This document shows positions 10,252 to 18,641 of a stretch of 32,000 nt of DNA, piece after piece (the first letter of the stretch is position 1; each line of letters begins with the position of its first letter). A model generated the notes under the pieces. It saw only the letters and a program-made list of their open reading frames with translations, was not told the DNA's origin and did not search any database. The stretch is taken from the NCBI RefSeq assembly GCF_000009705.1, contig NC_003272.1, positions 690,001 to 722,000 of the forward strand. The letters run 5' to 3'. The position numbers and the translations under genes were made by a program. The DNA comes from Nostoc sp. PCC 7120 = FACHB-418. GTDB lineage: Bacteria > Cyanobacteriota > Cyanobacteriia > Cyanobacteriales > Nostocaceae.

Positions 10252-10276
10252 TTTTTGAATTTTGAATTTTGAATTG
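10252..10276 (-). repeat. caattcaaaattcaaaattcaaaaa module (3 x attcaaa) directly 3' of ntcB
   Basis: On the minus strand this is 25 nt identical to 16307-16331, which lies 3' of nirA. The reverse complement is present at 21661-21685, 5' of narB. Confidence 0.9.
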
Positions 10277-10279
10277 ATA

Positions 10280-11218
10280 TTACGATGCCGATCGCTGTCG
10301 CTCAACTATTGGCGGAATATTTTCTCTCACTAGTTGCCAAAAATGTTTGATGGGAGGAATTTGCAGACGGTCTTGAGTTGTGACCATGACTACTCGACGT
10401 GTTAAGCCAGAATTTTCCGGTAATGCACTATTAGCTAAGGGACGCACGGCTAAGGTGGGGTCAAGGCGCGCTTCTACTAATGCGGAGGAAGGAAGCAAAG
10501 CAATTAATTCCCCTTGGCGTACAACTCCCCGGAAGGCATCTAGGGTATTGACTTCTAAAGCCGCTTGTAGCGTAGCTTCCAATCGCTCAAATTTCTCTTG
10601 GACTAAACGTTGCATCCCATAACCATCTTTAAAAACCACCTGGGGATAACGTACCAACTCCGACCAAGGGACACGCTCGTATGCAGCTAAGGGATGATTG
10701 GCTGCTGTTAAGAGTTCTATCGGCTCATCATAAAGGACTTCCACCACCATATCTCTACCAGTGGTGAGAAAGCGATTATTCATCACAATCGCCAAATCTA
10801 CCAAGCCATCTTTGAGAACTTTGAGTGCGCGATCGCTACCTAACGATGTTACCCGTAATTGTACTTCTGGATAATCACGGCAAAACTTTTGTAACACTGG
10901 TGGCAAGTATGAACCACATAGGGAATGAATGGCAGCAATACACAATTCTGGCTGCTTCCCGGCGATTAAATCTCCTAACTCTTGTGTAGCAGTTTCCCAC
11001 TCCAGACAAATTTTGCGGGCGCGCGGTAGCAGGCGTTCACCACCCAAGGTCAGCTTGGAATGATTTGTTCTATGAAACAGTTCTAAACCCAAATCAGCTT
11101 CTAAAGACTGGATTTGCCGACTGATTGTCGATTGGGTGACACCACATTTACTGGCAGCTTTTTGAAAGCTACCAGTTTCCGCGATCGCCAAAAAAGCTTG
11201 CAACTGCTCTAGTCGCAT
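10280..11218 (-). CDS. ntcB: LysR-family transcriptional activator of nitrate assimilation genes
   Basis: 312 aa with an N-terminal LysR HTH (FQKAASKCGVTQSTISRQIQSLE) and a C-terminal substrate-binding domain. An NtcA-type promoter lies upstream, and the position in the nir cluster matches all0602 as I recall it. Confidence 0.85.
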   Translation of the reverse strand: MRLEQLQAFLAIAETGSFQKAASKCGVTQSTISRQIQSLEADLGLELFHRTNHSKLTLGGERLLPRARKICLEWETATQELGDLIAGKQPELCIAAIHSLCGSYLPPVLQKFCRDYPEVQLRVTSLGSDRALKVLKDGLVDLAIVMNNRFLTTGRDMVVEVLYDEPIELLTAANHPLAAYERVPWSELVRYPQVVFKDGYGMQRLVQEKFERLEATLQAALEVNTLDAFRGVVRQGELIALLPSSALVEARLDPTLAVRPLANSALPENSGLTRRVVMVTTQDRLQIPPIKHFWQLVRENIPPIVERQRSAS

Positions 11219-11255
11219 TTGTATGTAGCCTTAATTACATTTACGGCATTCAATT

Positions 11256-11297
11256 AAGTTAGCTGATTTTGCTCCCCAATTTGGTAGATTTTGTTAC
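11256..11297 (-). promoter_or_regulatory. NtcA-activated (class II) promoter of ntcB
   Basis: On the minus strand, GTAacaaaatcTAC (11297-11284) is followed after 22 nt by the -10 box TAACTT (11261-11256). The predicted TSS is near 11249, about 31 nt before the ATG. Confidence 0.65.
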
Positions 11298-11460
11298 AGC
11301 TTTGGCAATTAACACAAATTTCATTAATTATTTTCCCCTGCCTAATCTCTTAAAAGGTAAGAGTTAGGGTGAAGTACATCTACAGTAGTATGAGCAGTGC
11401 TGATGATAGGTTTAAAGTAAGCGATATCTACAAGGTTGATCATTCTACGCAACTCGCATA

Positions 11461-11766
11461 TCAATCGAACTGAGAAATCACAACCTCCTGATCAGGAAAA
11501 CAGGCAATTATTGTCAGACTTCCACCAAGAGATTTAATGTATCGAGAGAGGGTGGATATTTGAATATCATCCTGATGCTCAATCTTTGAAAGTGCCGATT
11601 GTACTACTCCCATATTCTTTGCCACATCACCTTGTGTCTGTCCAAGTGACTCTCGAAGTTCGGAAAGTGTTAATTTGAGCAATACAAGGTTTGCCTGCAT
11701 CTCACTTTCTGCCTGTTGTTCTGGAGTCATTTTTTTACGAAGTTCATCAAATGGCTTCGTTTTCAT
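11461..11766 (-). CDS. XRE-family HTH antitoxin (HigA-like)
   Basis: 101 aa with an HTH (LGQTQGDVAKNMGVVQSALSKIE). Its ATG overlaps the toxin stop as ATGA (11766-11763). Confidence 0.8.
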   Translation of the reverse strand: MKTKPFDELRKKMTPEQQAESEMQANLVLLKLTLSELRESLGQTQGDVAKNMGVVQSALSKIEHQDDIQISTLSRYIKSLGGSLTIIACFPDQEVVISQFD

Positions 11767-12122
11767 AGGAACCCCTCTGTTTTTAATTCTTCTAAATGTT
11801 CGTCATACAACGTATCTGCTTTTGGCACATTCTCCTCATACCAGCGATCATCTCCTCCCTTGTTGCCTCCAAGGAGAAGAATAGCGACTCTCCTTGGATC
11901 AAAGGCATAGAGTATTCGGTACGGTTCTCCTTTGTGCTGCACCCTCAACTCTCTCATGTGGGAATGACGTGAGCTGTTTATTTTTGAACTGTAGGGAAAA
12001 GGAAGCTTTGCTCCCCGCGCTTCAATTAGTCGCACTACTACATCGATAGCAACCTGGGTACTTTCCTCTAACTCAACCCACCACATTTCAAACTCGTCTG
12101 TAAACTCTACCTCCCAGGTCAT
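11763..12122 (-). CDS. RelE/ParE-superfamily toxin, HigB/Gp49-like
   Basis: 119 aa. Size, position upstream of an HTH partner, and the motif ELRVQHKGEPYRILYAFDPRRVAILLLGGNKGG are typical of Gp49/HigB-type toxins. Confidence 0.75.
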   Translation of the reverse strand: MTWEVEFTDEFEMWWVELEESTQVAIDVVVRLIEARGAKLPFPYSSKINSSRHSHMRELRVQHKGEPYRILYAFDPRRVAILLLGGNKGGDDRWYEENVPKADTLYDEHLEELKTEGFL

Positions 12123-12282
12123 TGTTATTTACAAATATTTTACCGGAAATATCACCTTGAACTCATATTATGGTTATATCTGTACAGAGACAAGTAAAGA
12201 AAGAATCTTCTTCAGCTATCTCTAAGACAATGCTCCGCATATGCACTGCTGTTATTTCTGATTTGATCCCCAGTGTCGGTTT

Positions 12283-13479
12283 TCAAAGATACGCTAATTT
12301 TGTCAGTGCAGCGATCGCATGGACTCGAACAAGTTCATCTGTATCTGTTGACAGCATAGTTAAGCTTTCCGTTGCTTCTGCATTACCTAGCTGACCCAAA
12401 GATAAGGCGATCGCACTTTTCATACTATGAATTTTTGTAGCTGGATGTGGCGAGTTCAGTATCTCTAATAGAATGGCTGTGGCTGGTGTTTTTAACTCAG
12501 GCTTTTGTATTCTTCCTAGAACTGTGACAATTTCTTGCCATAGTGTTTCTGTTGTGACTTGATTAAATGCTTGTTGTAAATATTCCAGGCTAATAAGCGA
12601 TTCTAACCAAACTAAAGCGCGGATGATTTCTAGTTGTAAGGTAATGGGTGTATGAGCTGATATTAGAGCCTTATATAAATGCTGAGCTGCATCATCACCA
12701 CCCATACGCGCCAGAGCATTGGCGGCTGCACAGCAAACCTCTATATTAAAATCGTAGAGTTTGGGTTGAATTTGAGCTACCAAATTTAATTCTGAAGATA
12801 AATCAGAGCGAAAACTTAAACCCTGAATCGCTGTACGTCTAACTGTGGCAGATAGATCATTTAAAGCGTTCAACAGTATAGGTGGTACACGTTGATCATG
12901 AAAACTGCTGAGAGCTTCGATAGCTGCGGCGCGGATAGATGCTTGGGTATCTTGTACCACACTCAACAGAGGGGCGATGGTTTGTGTATGTCGGATATAA
13001 GCAAGCGATCGCACTGCCAAAAGTCTTGTATTTTCTTGTGCTAAGAGTTCAACAATTACCGGAATGGCGATTGTACCCATTTGCGCTATTGCTGATGAGG
13101 CGATCGCTTTAATTTCCTCATCATCACTAGTTTTCAACAATTCCACCAGAGGCATAATCGCCTCTGGGTGCTGCAATTCACCTAAAATTCGGGCAGCAAA
13201 CCAGCGCAATTCATCCTCTGCGTCTTCATCTTCTAGGATGTCAATTAATGGGTTGATGGTCACATTGCCCAAATTAACTAACACTTTGGCAATATCCCAA
13301 CGTTGCTGAAAATCTCCCAACTCAAAAATAGAGAGTGCTAATTCCAGCAGTTGTTCTGAATTAGCCGTGTCATGTGTATCTACTAAAATCAGCTGTTGCA
13401 GATTATTAATCACCAATGACAAATCATCTGCACTATGCGCCGCCTGCGCTTGCACTAAAATTTGACCGATATTATTCAC
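12283..13479 (-). CDS. nirB: HEAT-repeat protein; positional candidate for NirB (nitrite reductase maturation/optimal activity factor)
   Basis: 398 aa made almost entirely of HEAT-like helical repeats (repeated ..VRxxAxxALxxl.. units). The start is GTG. It lies between petC4 and ntcB on the strand opposite nirA, as I recall for all0605. The symbol rests on synteny and memory only. Confidence 0.55.
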   Translation of the reverse strand: MNNIGQILVQAQAAHSADDLSLVINNLQQLILVDTHDTANSEQLLELALSIFELGDFQQRWDIAKVLVNLGNVTINPLIDILEDEDAEDELRWFAARILGELQHPEAIMPLVELLKTSDDEEIKAIASSAIAQMGTIAIPVIVELLAQENTRLLAVRSLAYIRHTQTIAPLLSVVQDTQASIRAAAIEALSSFHDQRVPPILLNALNDLSATVRRTAIQGLSFRSDLSSELNLVAQIQPKLYDFNIEVCCAAANALARMGGDDAAQHLYKALISAHTPITLQLEIIRALVWLESLISLEYLQQAFNQVTTETLWQEIVTVLGRIQKPELKTPATAILLEILNSPHPATKIHSMKSAIALSLGQLGNAEATESLTMLSTDTDELVRVHAIAALTKLAYL

Positions 13480-13622
13480 AATACCTTTGGAATAGCGAAG
13501 TTTTGAGTGCTGTAAAGCCCTACGGGCAATAGCTGCGCTGAGAGCAGTAGTGCGGCGTTTAGCCAGTGCTGAGTGCTGAGTAATAAATCTTTCCCCTGCT
13601 CCCTGCTTCCTACTTGCTCACA

Positions 13623-14039
13623 CTAGCTTTGCTTGACTACAACTGAATCACCCTCAATCTTGGCGGCGTAAGTTTTGAGTGGTTTTGTAGCTGGGTCTTT
13701 CTGCACTTTACCATCAACTCCATATTCTGCGCCATGACATGGGCAGACAAATTTCTTCGCTTGGGCTTGCCATGCTACGGTACAGCCTTTGTGGCTACAA
13801 GTAGGATTGACAGCAATCAGATTTGCGTCCTTAGATGTACCCACGACCAACACCGGGCCAATTGGTGAATTTTCGTTGAGTAATTGACCAGTTTTATCTA
13901 GTTCAGCAACAGTCCCGATCGCTTGCCCCTCTGTAGATGTTGTGGGCTGGGAAGAACAAGCAGCGATCGCTACAGGTAAGCTACTTGCTATCCAACCCAA
14001 ACCTACCCAATTGATGAAATCCCGACGTTTCATAGCCAC
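13623..14039 (-). CDS. petC4: Rieske [2Fe-2S] protein with Tat signal and lipobox (PetC4-type)
   Basis: 138 aa with a twin-arginine motif (KRRDFINW), a lipobox-like AIAACS, and Rieske boxes CSHKGC and CPCHGA. Confidence 0.85.
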   Translation of the reverse strand: MAMKRRDFINWVGLGWIASSLPVAIAACSSQPTTSTEGQAIGTVAELDKTGQLLNENSPIGPVLVVGTSKDANLIAVNPTCSHKGCTVAWQAQAKKFVCPCHGAEYGVDGKVQKDPATKPLKTYAAKIEGDSVVVKQS

Positions 14040-14113
14040 TGAAGTTATGTATTAGTTGTAAACAAAAGTCTAGCCTTGTTTTACCAACATTTTTAGCTAC
14101 TCATTAGTTAAGT

Positions 14114-14131
14114 GTAATGCAGAAAACGCAT
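14114..14131 (+). promoter_or_regulatory. candidate auxiliary site (NtcB LysR-type dyad ATGC-N7-GCAT overlapping GTA-N8-AAC)
   Basis: The dyad atgcagaaaacgcat (14117-14131) and gtaatgcagaaaac (14114-14127) are centred about 55 bp upstream of the main NtcA box. This is motif-level evidence only. Confidence 0.3.
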
Positions 14132-14168
14132 ATTCTCTATTAAACTTACGCATTAATACGAGAATTTT

Positions 14169-14210
14169 GTAGCTACTTATACTATTTTACCTGAGATCCC
14201 GACATAACCT
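14169..14210 (+). promoter_or_regulatory. NtcA-activated promoter of the nirA operon
   Basis: GTAgctacttaTAC (14169-14182) is followed 22 nt later by the -10 box TAACCT (14205-14210). The predicted TSS near 14217-14219 implies a leader of about 460 nt, consistent with what I recall for Anabaena PCC 7120 nirA. Confidence 0.8.
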
Positions 14211-14445
14211 TAGAAGTATCGAAATCGTTACATAAACATTCACACAAACCACTTGACAAATTTAGCCAATGTAAAAGACTACAGTTTCTCCCCGGTTTAG
14301 TTCTAGAGTTACCTTCAGTGAAACATCGGCGGCGTGTCAGTCATTGAAGTAGCATAAATCAATTCAAAATACCCTGCGGGAAGGCTGCGCCAACAAAATT
14401 AAATATTTGGTTTTTCACTATTAGAGCATCGATTCATTAATCAAA

Positions 14446-14580
14446 AACCTTACCCCCCAGCCCCCTTCCCTTGTAGGGAAGTGGGAGCCAAACTCCCCTC
14501 TCCGCGTCGGAGCGAAAAGTCTGAGCGGAGGTTTCCTCCGAACAGAACTTTTAAAGAGAGAGGGGTTGGGGGAGAGGTTC
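14446..14580. mobile_element. MITE-like structured repeat inside the nirA leader
   Basis: The termini are imperfectly inverted (aaccttaccccccagcccccttccc vs the reverse complement of gagagaggggttgggggagaggtt). They enclose four GC-rich mini-hairpins: cttccct/agggaag, gggag/ctccc, ctccg/cggag and cggagg/cctccg. Confidence 0.5.
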
Positions 14581-14678
14581 TTTCAAGATTACTAAATTGC
14601 TATCACTAGACCTCGTAGAACTAGCAAAGACTACGGGTGGATTGATCTTGAGCAAAAAAACTTTATGAGAACCAGCTC

Positions 14679-16289
14679 ATGACAGATACAGTAACTACCC
14701 CCAAAGCCAGCCTCAATAAGTTTGAGAAATTCAAAGCCGAAAAAGATGGACTTGCCATCAAGTCAGAGATCGAAAAAATTGCCTCTTTGGGATGGGAAGC
14801 AATGGACGCAACAGACCGAGATCATCGCCTCAAATGGGTGGGTGTATTCTTTCGCCCAGTCACCCCTGGTAAATTTATGATGCGGATGCGGATGCCGAAT
14901 GGTATCCTCACCAGCGATCAGATGCGTGTTTTAGCCGAAGTGGTGCAGCGTTACGGAGATGACGGCAACGCTGATATTACAACTAGGCAGAATATTCAAC
15001 TACGAGGTATCAGAATAGAAGACTTACCGCACATATTCAATAAATTTCATGCAGTAGGTTTAACCAGTGTGCAGTCAGGGATGGACAACATCCGTAACAT
15101 CACAGGCGACCCGATAGCGGGGTTAGATGCGGATGAGTTGTATGACACCCGTGAGTTAGTGCAGCAAATTCAGGATATGCTCACCAACAAAGGAGAAGGC
15201 AATCGAGAGTTTAGTAATTTGCCTCGTAAATTTAATATTGCGATCGCCGGTGGACGGGATAATTCAGTTCATGCGGAAATCAACGATTTAGCCTTTGTTC
15301 CAGCATTTAAAGAAGGGATTGGAGATTGGGTATTGGGGAATGGGGAAGAATCATCTACTTACCAAAAAGTCTTTGGATTTAACGTGTTAGTTGGTGGTTT
15401 CTTTTCTGCTAAACGCTGTGAGGCGGCGATTCCTTTGAATGCTTGGGTAACTCCGGAAGAAGTCTTACCCTTATGTAGAGCAATTTTAGAGGTCTATCGT
15501 GACAATGGACTCAGGGCTAATCGGCTCAAGTCTCGCTTGATGTGGCTAATTGATGAATGGGGTATAGATAAGTTTCGGGCAGAAGTCGAACAGCGTTTGG
15601 GTAAATCCTTACTCCCCGCAGCCCCCAAAGACGAAATTGATTGGGAAAAACGCGACCATATCGGAGTCTATAAGCAAAAGCAAGAGGGATTGAACTATGT
15701 AGGGTTACACATCCCTGTAGGTAGATTGTATGCCGAGGATATGTTTGAATTGGCTCGGATAGCCGATGTATACGGTAGCGGTGAAATCCGCATGACTGTT
15801 GAACAAAACATCATCATTCCCAACATTACCGACTCGCGGTTAAGGACTTTGTTGACAGATCCCTTACTAGAGAGATTTTCTCTTGATCCTGGAGCATTGA
15901 CGCGATCGCTAGTTTCCTGCACGGGCGCACAATTTTGCAACTTCGCCCTCATCGAAACCAAAAACCGCGCCCTAGAAATGATTAAAGGCTTAGAAGCAGA
16001 ATTGACCTTTACTCGTCCAGTGCGAATCCATTGGACAGGTTGCCCCAACTCCTGCGGACAGCCCCAAGTTGCAGACATTGGCTTAATGGGAACAAAAGCT
16101 CGTAAAAACGGTAAAGCCGTGGAAGGTGTTGACATCTATATGGGTGGCAAAGTCGGCAAAGATGCACATTTAGGTAGCTGTGTACAAAAAGGCATCCCCT
16201 GCGAAGACTTGCACCTAGTATTACGAGACTTACTCATTACTAATTTTGGAGCCAAACCCAGACAGGAAGCCTTAGTTACCAGCCAATAA
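14679..16289 (+). CDS. nirA: ferredoxin-nitrite reductase
   Basis: 536 aa with the sulfite/nitrite reductase siroheme-4Fe4S motifs (SCTGAQFCNFA ... WTGCPNSCGQ). It is the first gene of the operon. Confidence 0.97.
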   Translation: MTDTVTTPKASLNKFEKFKAEKDGLAIKSEIEKIASLGWEAMDATDRDHRLKWVGVFFRPVTPGKFMMRMRMPNGILTSDQMRVLAEVVQRYGDDGNADITTRQNIQLRGIRIEDLPHIFNKFHAVGLTSVQSGMDNIRNITGDPIAGLDADELYDTRELVQQIQDMLTNKGEGNREFSNLPRKFNIAIAGGRDNSVHAEINDLAFVPAFKEGIGDWVLGNGEESSTYQKVFGFNVLVGGFFSAKRCEAAIPLNAWVTPEEVLPLCRAILEVYRDNGLRANRLKSRLMWLIDEWGIDKFRAEVEQRLGKSLLPAAPKDEIDWEKRDHIGVYKQKQEGLNYVGLHIPVGRLYAEDMFELARIADVYGSGEIRMTVEQNIIIPNITDSRLRTLLTDPLLERFSLDPGALTRSLVSCTGAQFCNFALIETKNRALEMIKGLEAELTFTRPVRIHWTGCPNSCGQPQVADIGLMGTKARKNGKAVEGVDIYMGGKVGKDAHLGSCVQKGIPCEDLHLVLRDLLITNFGAKPRQEALVTSQ

Positions 16290-16307
16290 GGGAGCAGGGG
16301 AGAAAAC

Positions 16308-16405
16308 AATTCAAAATTCAAAATTCAAAAAAAGAGTGGGGTAGTGAGCATGGGGAAGAAAATTGACTATTGACTGTTGACTAATGACAACTGACAACTG
16401 ACGAA
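16308..16405. repeat. inverted-repeat arm A (3 x attcaaa, unique core, 6 x tgacNNN heptamers) in the nirA-nrtA spacer
   Basis: 16308-16350 is the exact reverse complement of 21643-21685. The flanks also match, with one mismatch and heptamer-number differences. Confidence 0.9.
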
Positions 16406-16422
16406 TTAACAACATACAAAAA

Positions 16423-17745
16423 ATGACACACGTTTCCAGAAGAAAATTTCTTTTCACCACAGGCGCGGCGGCGGCGGCTTCTATTTTGGTACATGGCTGT
16501 ACTTCCAATGGTTCTCAATCAGCTACCACAGGAGAACAAGCGCCTTCAGCAGCACCAGCCGCTAATGTCTCAGCCGCTAACGCACCCAAGGTAGAAACGA
16601 CTAAAGCCAAGTTAGGATTTATCCCTCTTACTGATGCGGCGCCCCTCATCATTGCTAAAGAAAAGGGCTTCTTTGCTAAATATGGCATGACAGATATCGA
16701 AGTCATCAAGCAAAAATCTTGGCCTGTCACCCGCGATAACTTAAAAATTGGCTCATCTGGTGGTGGCATCGATGGCGCACATATCCTTAGTCCCATGCCT
16801 TACCTCATGACCATCAATGATAAAGTGCCAATGTATATTTTGGCTAGGTTAAACACTAATGGTCAGGCTATTTCTGTGGCGGAGAAATTTAAAGAACTTA
16901 ATGTCAACCTAGAAAGTAAATCCCTTAAAGACGCAGCGATTAAAGCCAAAGCTGACAAGAAAGCCTTGAAAATGGGTATTACCTTTCCCGGTGGTACACA
17001 CGATTTGTGGATGCGCTATTGGTTAGCGGCTGGTGGTATTAATCCTGATCAAGATGTGGTTTTGGAAGCTGTACCACCACCGCAAATGGTGGCAAATATG
17101 AAAGTCAATACTGTTGATGGTTTCTGTGTAGGAGAACCTTGGAATGCTCAGTTGGTCAACCAAAAAATAGGTTATTCTGCTCTAGTTACAGGCGAATTGT
17201 GGAAAGATCATCCAGAAAAAGCCTTTAGTATGCGGCAAGATTGGATTGAGCAAAATCCCAATGCAGCCCAGGCAATTTTGATGGCAATCTTGGAAGCACA
17301 ACAATGGTGCGACAAGGCAGAAAACAAAGAAGAAATGTGTAAAATCTGCTCTGATCGTAAATACTTTAATGTTGCTGCCGCAGATATTATCGAGAGAGCT
17401 AAAGGCAATATCGATTATGGTGATGGTCGTAAGGAGCAAAACTTCGCCCATCGGATGAAATTCTGGGCAGATAATGCTTCCTATCCTTATAAGAGTCACG
17501 ATATTTGGTTTTTAACTGAAGATATTCGCTGGGGTTATTTACCAAAAGATACCAAAGTTCAAGACATTGTTAATCAAGTCAATAAAGAAGACTTGTGGAA
17601 AAAAGCGGCGAAAGCGATTGGTGTGGCTGATGCGGAAATTCCTGCTAGCAGTTCCCGTGGGGTGGAAACTTTCTTTGATGGCGTGAAATTCGACCCAGAA
17701 AAGCCAGAAGAATACTTAAATAGTTTGAAAATCAAAAAAGTCTAA
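16423..17745 (+). CDS. nrtA: nitrate/nitrite ABC transporter substrate-binding lipoprotein
   Basis: 440 aa with a Tat-like signal plus lipobox (SRRKFLF...LVHGC) and the NrtA motif [25 protein letters not shown]. Confidence 0.95.
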   Translation: MTHVSRRKFLFTTGAAAAASILVHGCTSNGSQSATTGEQAPSAAPAANVSAANAPKVETTKAKLGFIPLTDAAPLIIAKEKGFFAKYGMTDIEVIKQKSWPVTRDNLKIGSSGGGIDGAHILSPMPYLMTINDKVPMYILARLNTNGQAISVAEKFKELNVNLESKSLKDAAIKAKADKKALKMGITFPGGTHDLWMRYWLAAGGINPDQDVVLEAVPPPQMVANMKVNTVDGFCVGEPWNAQLVNQKIGYSALVTGELWKDHPEKAFSMRQDWIEQNPNAAQAILMAILEAQQWCDKAENKEEMCKICSDRKYFNVAAADIIERAKGNIDYGDGRKEQNFAHRMKFWADNASYPYKSHDIWFLTEDIRWGYLPKDTKVQDIVNQVNKEDLWKKAAKAIGVADAEIPASSSRGVETFFDGVKFDPEKPEEYLNSLKIKKV

Positions 17746-17801
17746 TTGGGCTGTAATGGCTTCTTGAAAAATAACTAAAATGCCACGGGAGAAAGTAAAA
17801 A

Positions 17802-18641
17802 ATGACTGCTGTTTTAGGGAATCGCGCTAGGGTAAGGAAATCTCAAAAAGCTATCAATAATTTCTTGTGGAAAAAAGTTGTACCACCCTTAGTAGCATTG
17901 GGAATTTTCCTGGTTATTTGGCAACTACTTTGTTTGAATCCTAACTTTAAATTGCCGGGGCCGATAGAAACCTTTTCGGAAACTTGGGACCCTTTTATTA
18001 TCAATCCATTTTTTGATAACGGTGAAAGTGATAAGGGCTTAGGCTGGCAAATATTGAGTAGTTTGGGACGGGTTGGTTTAGGTTTTTCTCTAGCGGCGAT
18101 CGCCGGAATTATACTAGGCATTTTAATTGGTGTAAATCCATTAGTTTATAATGCGGTAGATCCTATATTTCAAGTCTTGCGAACAGTCCCACCTCTGGCA
18201 TGGCTACCGATTTCATTGGCAGCATTTCAGCAAGCTAATCCCTCAGCAATTTTCGTTATTTTCATTACCTCAATTTGGCCGATTCTCCTGAATACTACGG
18301 TAGGTGTACAACAAATTCCCCAGGACTACATTAATGTAGCTAAGGTGTTACGGCTGAAGGGGGTAAAGTACTTTTTTAAAATTGTCTTTCCTGCCACTGT
18401 TCCCTATATCTTTACAGGGTTAAGAATTGGTATTGGTTTATCTTGGTTAGCAATTGTGGCGGCGGAAATGTTGGTTGGTGGTGTGGGGATTGGTTCATTT
18501 ATTTGGGATGCTTACAACACAACTACTGAAACTAATTTGAGTGAGATTATTTTGGCGCTTATTTATGTTGGTTTGGTGGGTTTGTTGTTAGATAGATTGG
18601 TTGGGTTTGTTGCTAGTAAAGTTGTGGCGGATCAGAAGTAG
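17802..18641 (+). CDS. nrtB: nitrate/nitrite ABC transporter permease
   Basis: 279 aa, multi-pass membrane protein with an ABC permease EAA-like region. An SD (GGGAGAAAG) lies upstream. Confidence 0.95.
   Translation: MTAVLGNRARVRKSQKAINNFLWKKVVPPLVALGIFLVIWQLLCLNPNFKLPGPIETFSETWDPFIINPFFDNGESDKGLGWQILSSLGRVGLGFSLAAIAGIILGILIGVNPLVYNAVDPIFQVLRTVPPLAWLPISLAAFQQANPSAIFVIFITSIWPILLNTTVGVQQIPQDYINVAKVLRLKGVKYFFKIVFPATVPYIFTGLRIGIGLSWLAIVAAEMLVGGVGIGSFIWDAYNTTTETNLSEIILALIYVGLVGLLLDRLVGFVASKVVADQK

Noticed and set aside
11675-11910. Two plus-strand ORFs (69 and 64 aa) antisense to the toxin-antitoxin pair.
   Set aside because: They are shadow ORFs inside a well-formed overlapping TA operon and have no start context.
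12170-12394. 74-aa plus-strand ORF spanning the TA promoter region and the nirB 3' end.
   Set aside because: It overlaps the nirB coding sequence in antisense, is Ser-rich, and has no support.
15695-16508. Minus-strand ORFs 15695-16135, 16136-16321 and 16311-16508.
   Set aside because: The first lies antisense within nirA. The other two are antisense to the nirA 3' end, run through repeat arm A, and reach the nrtA 5' end. Repeats create spurious open frames.
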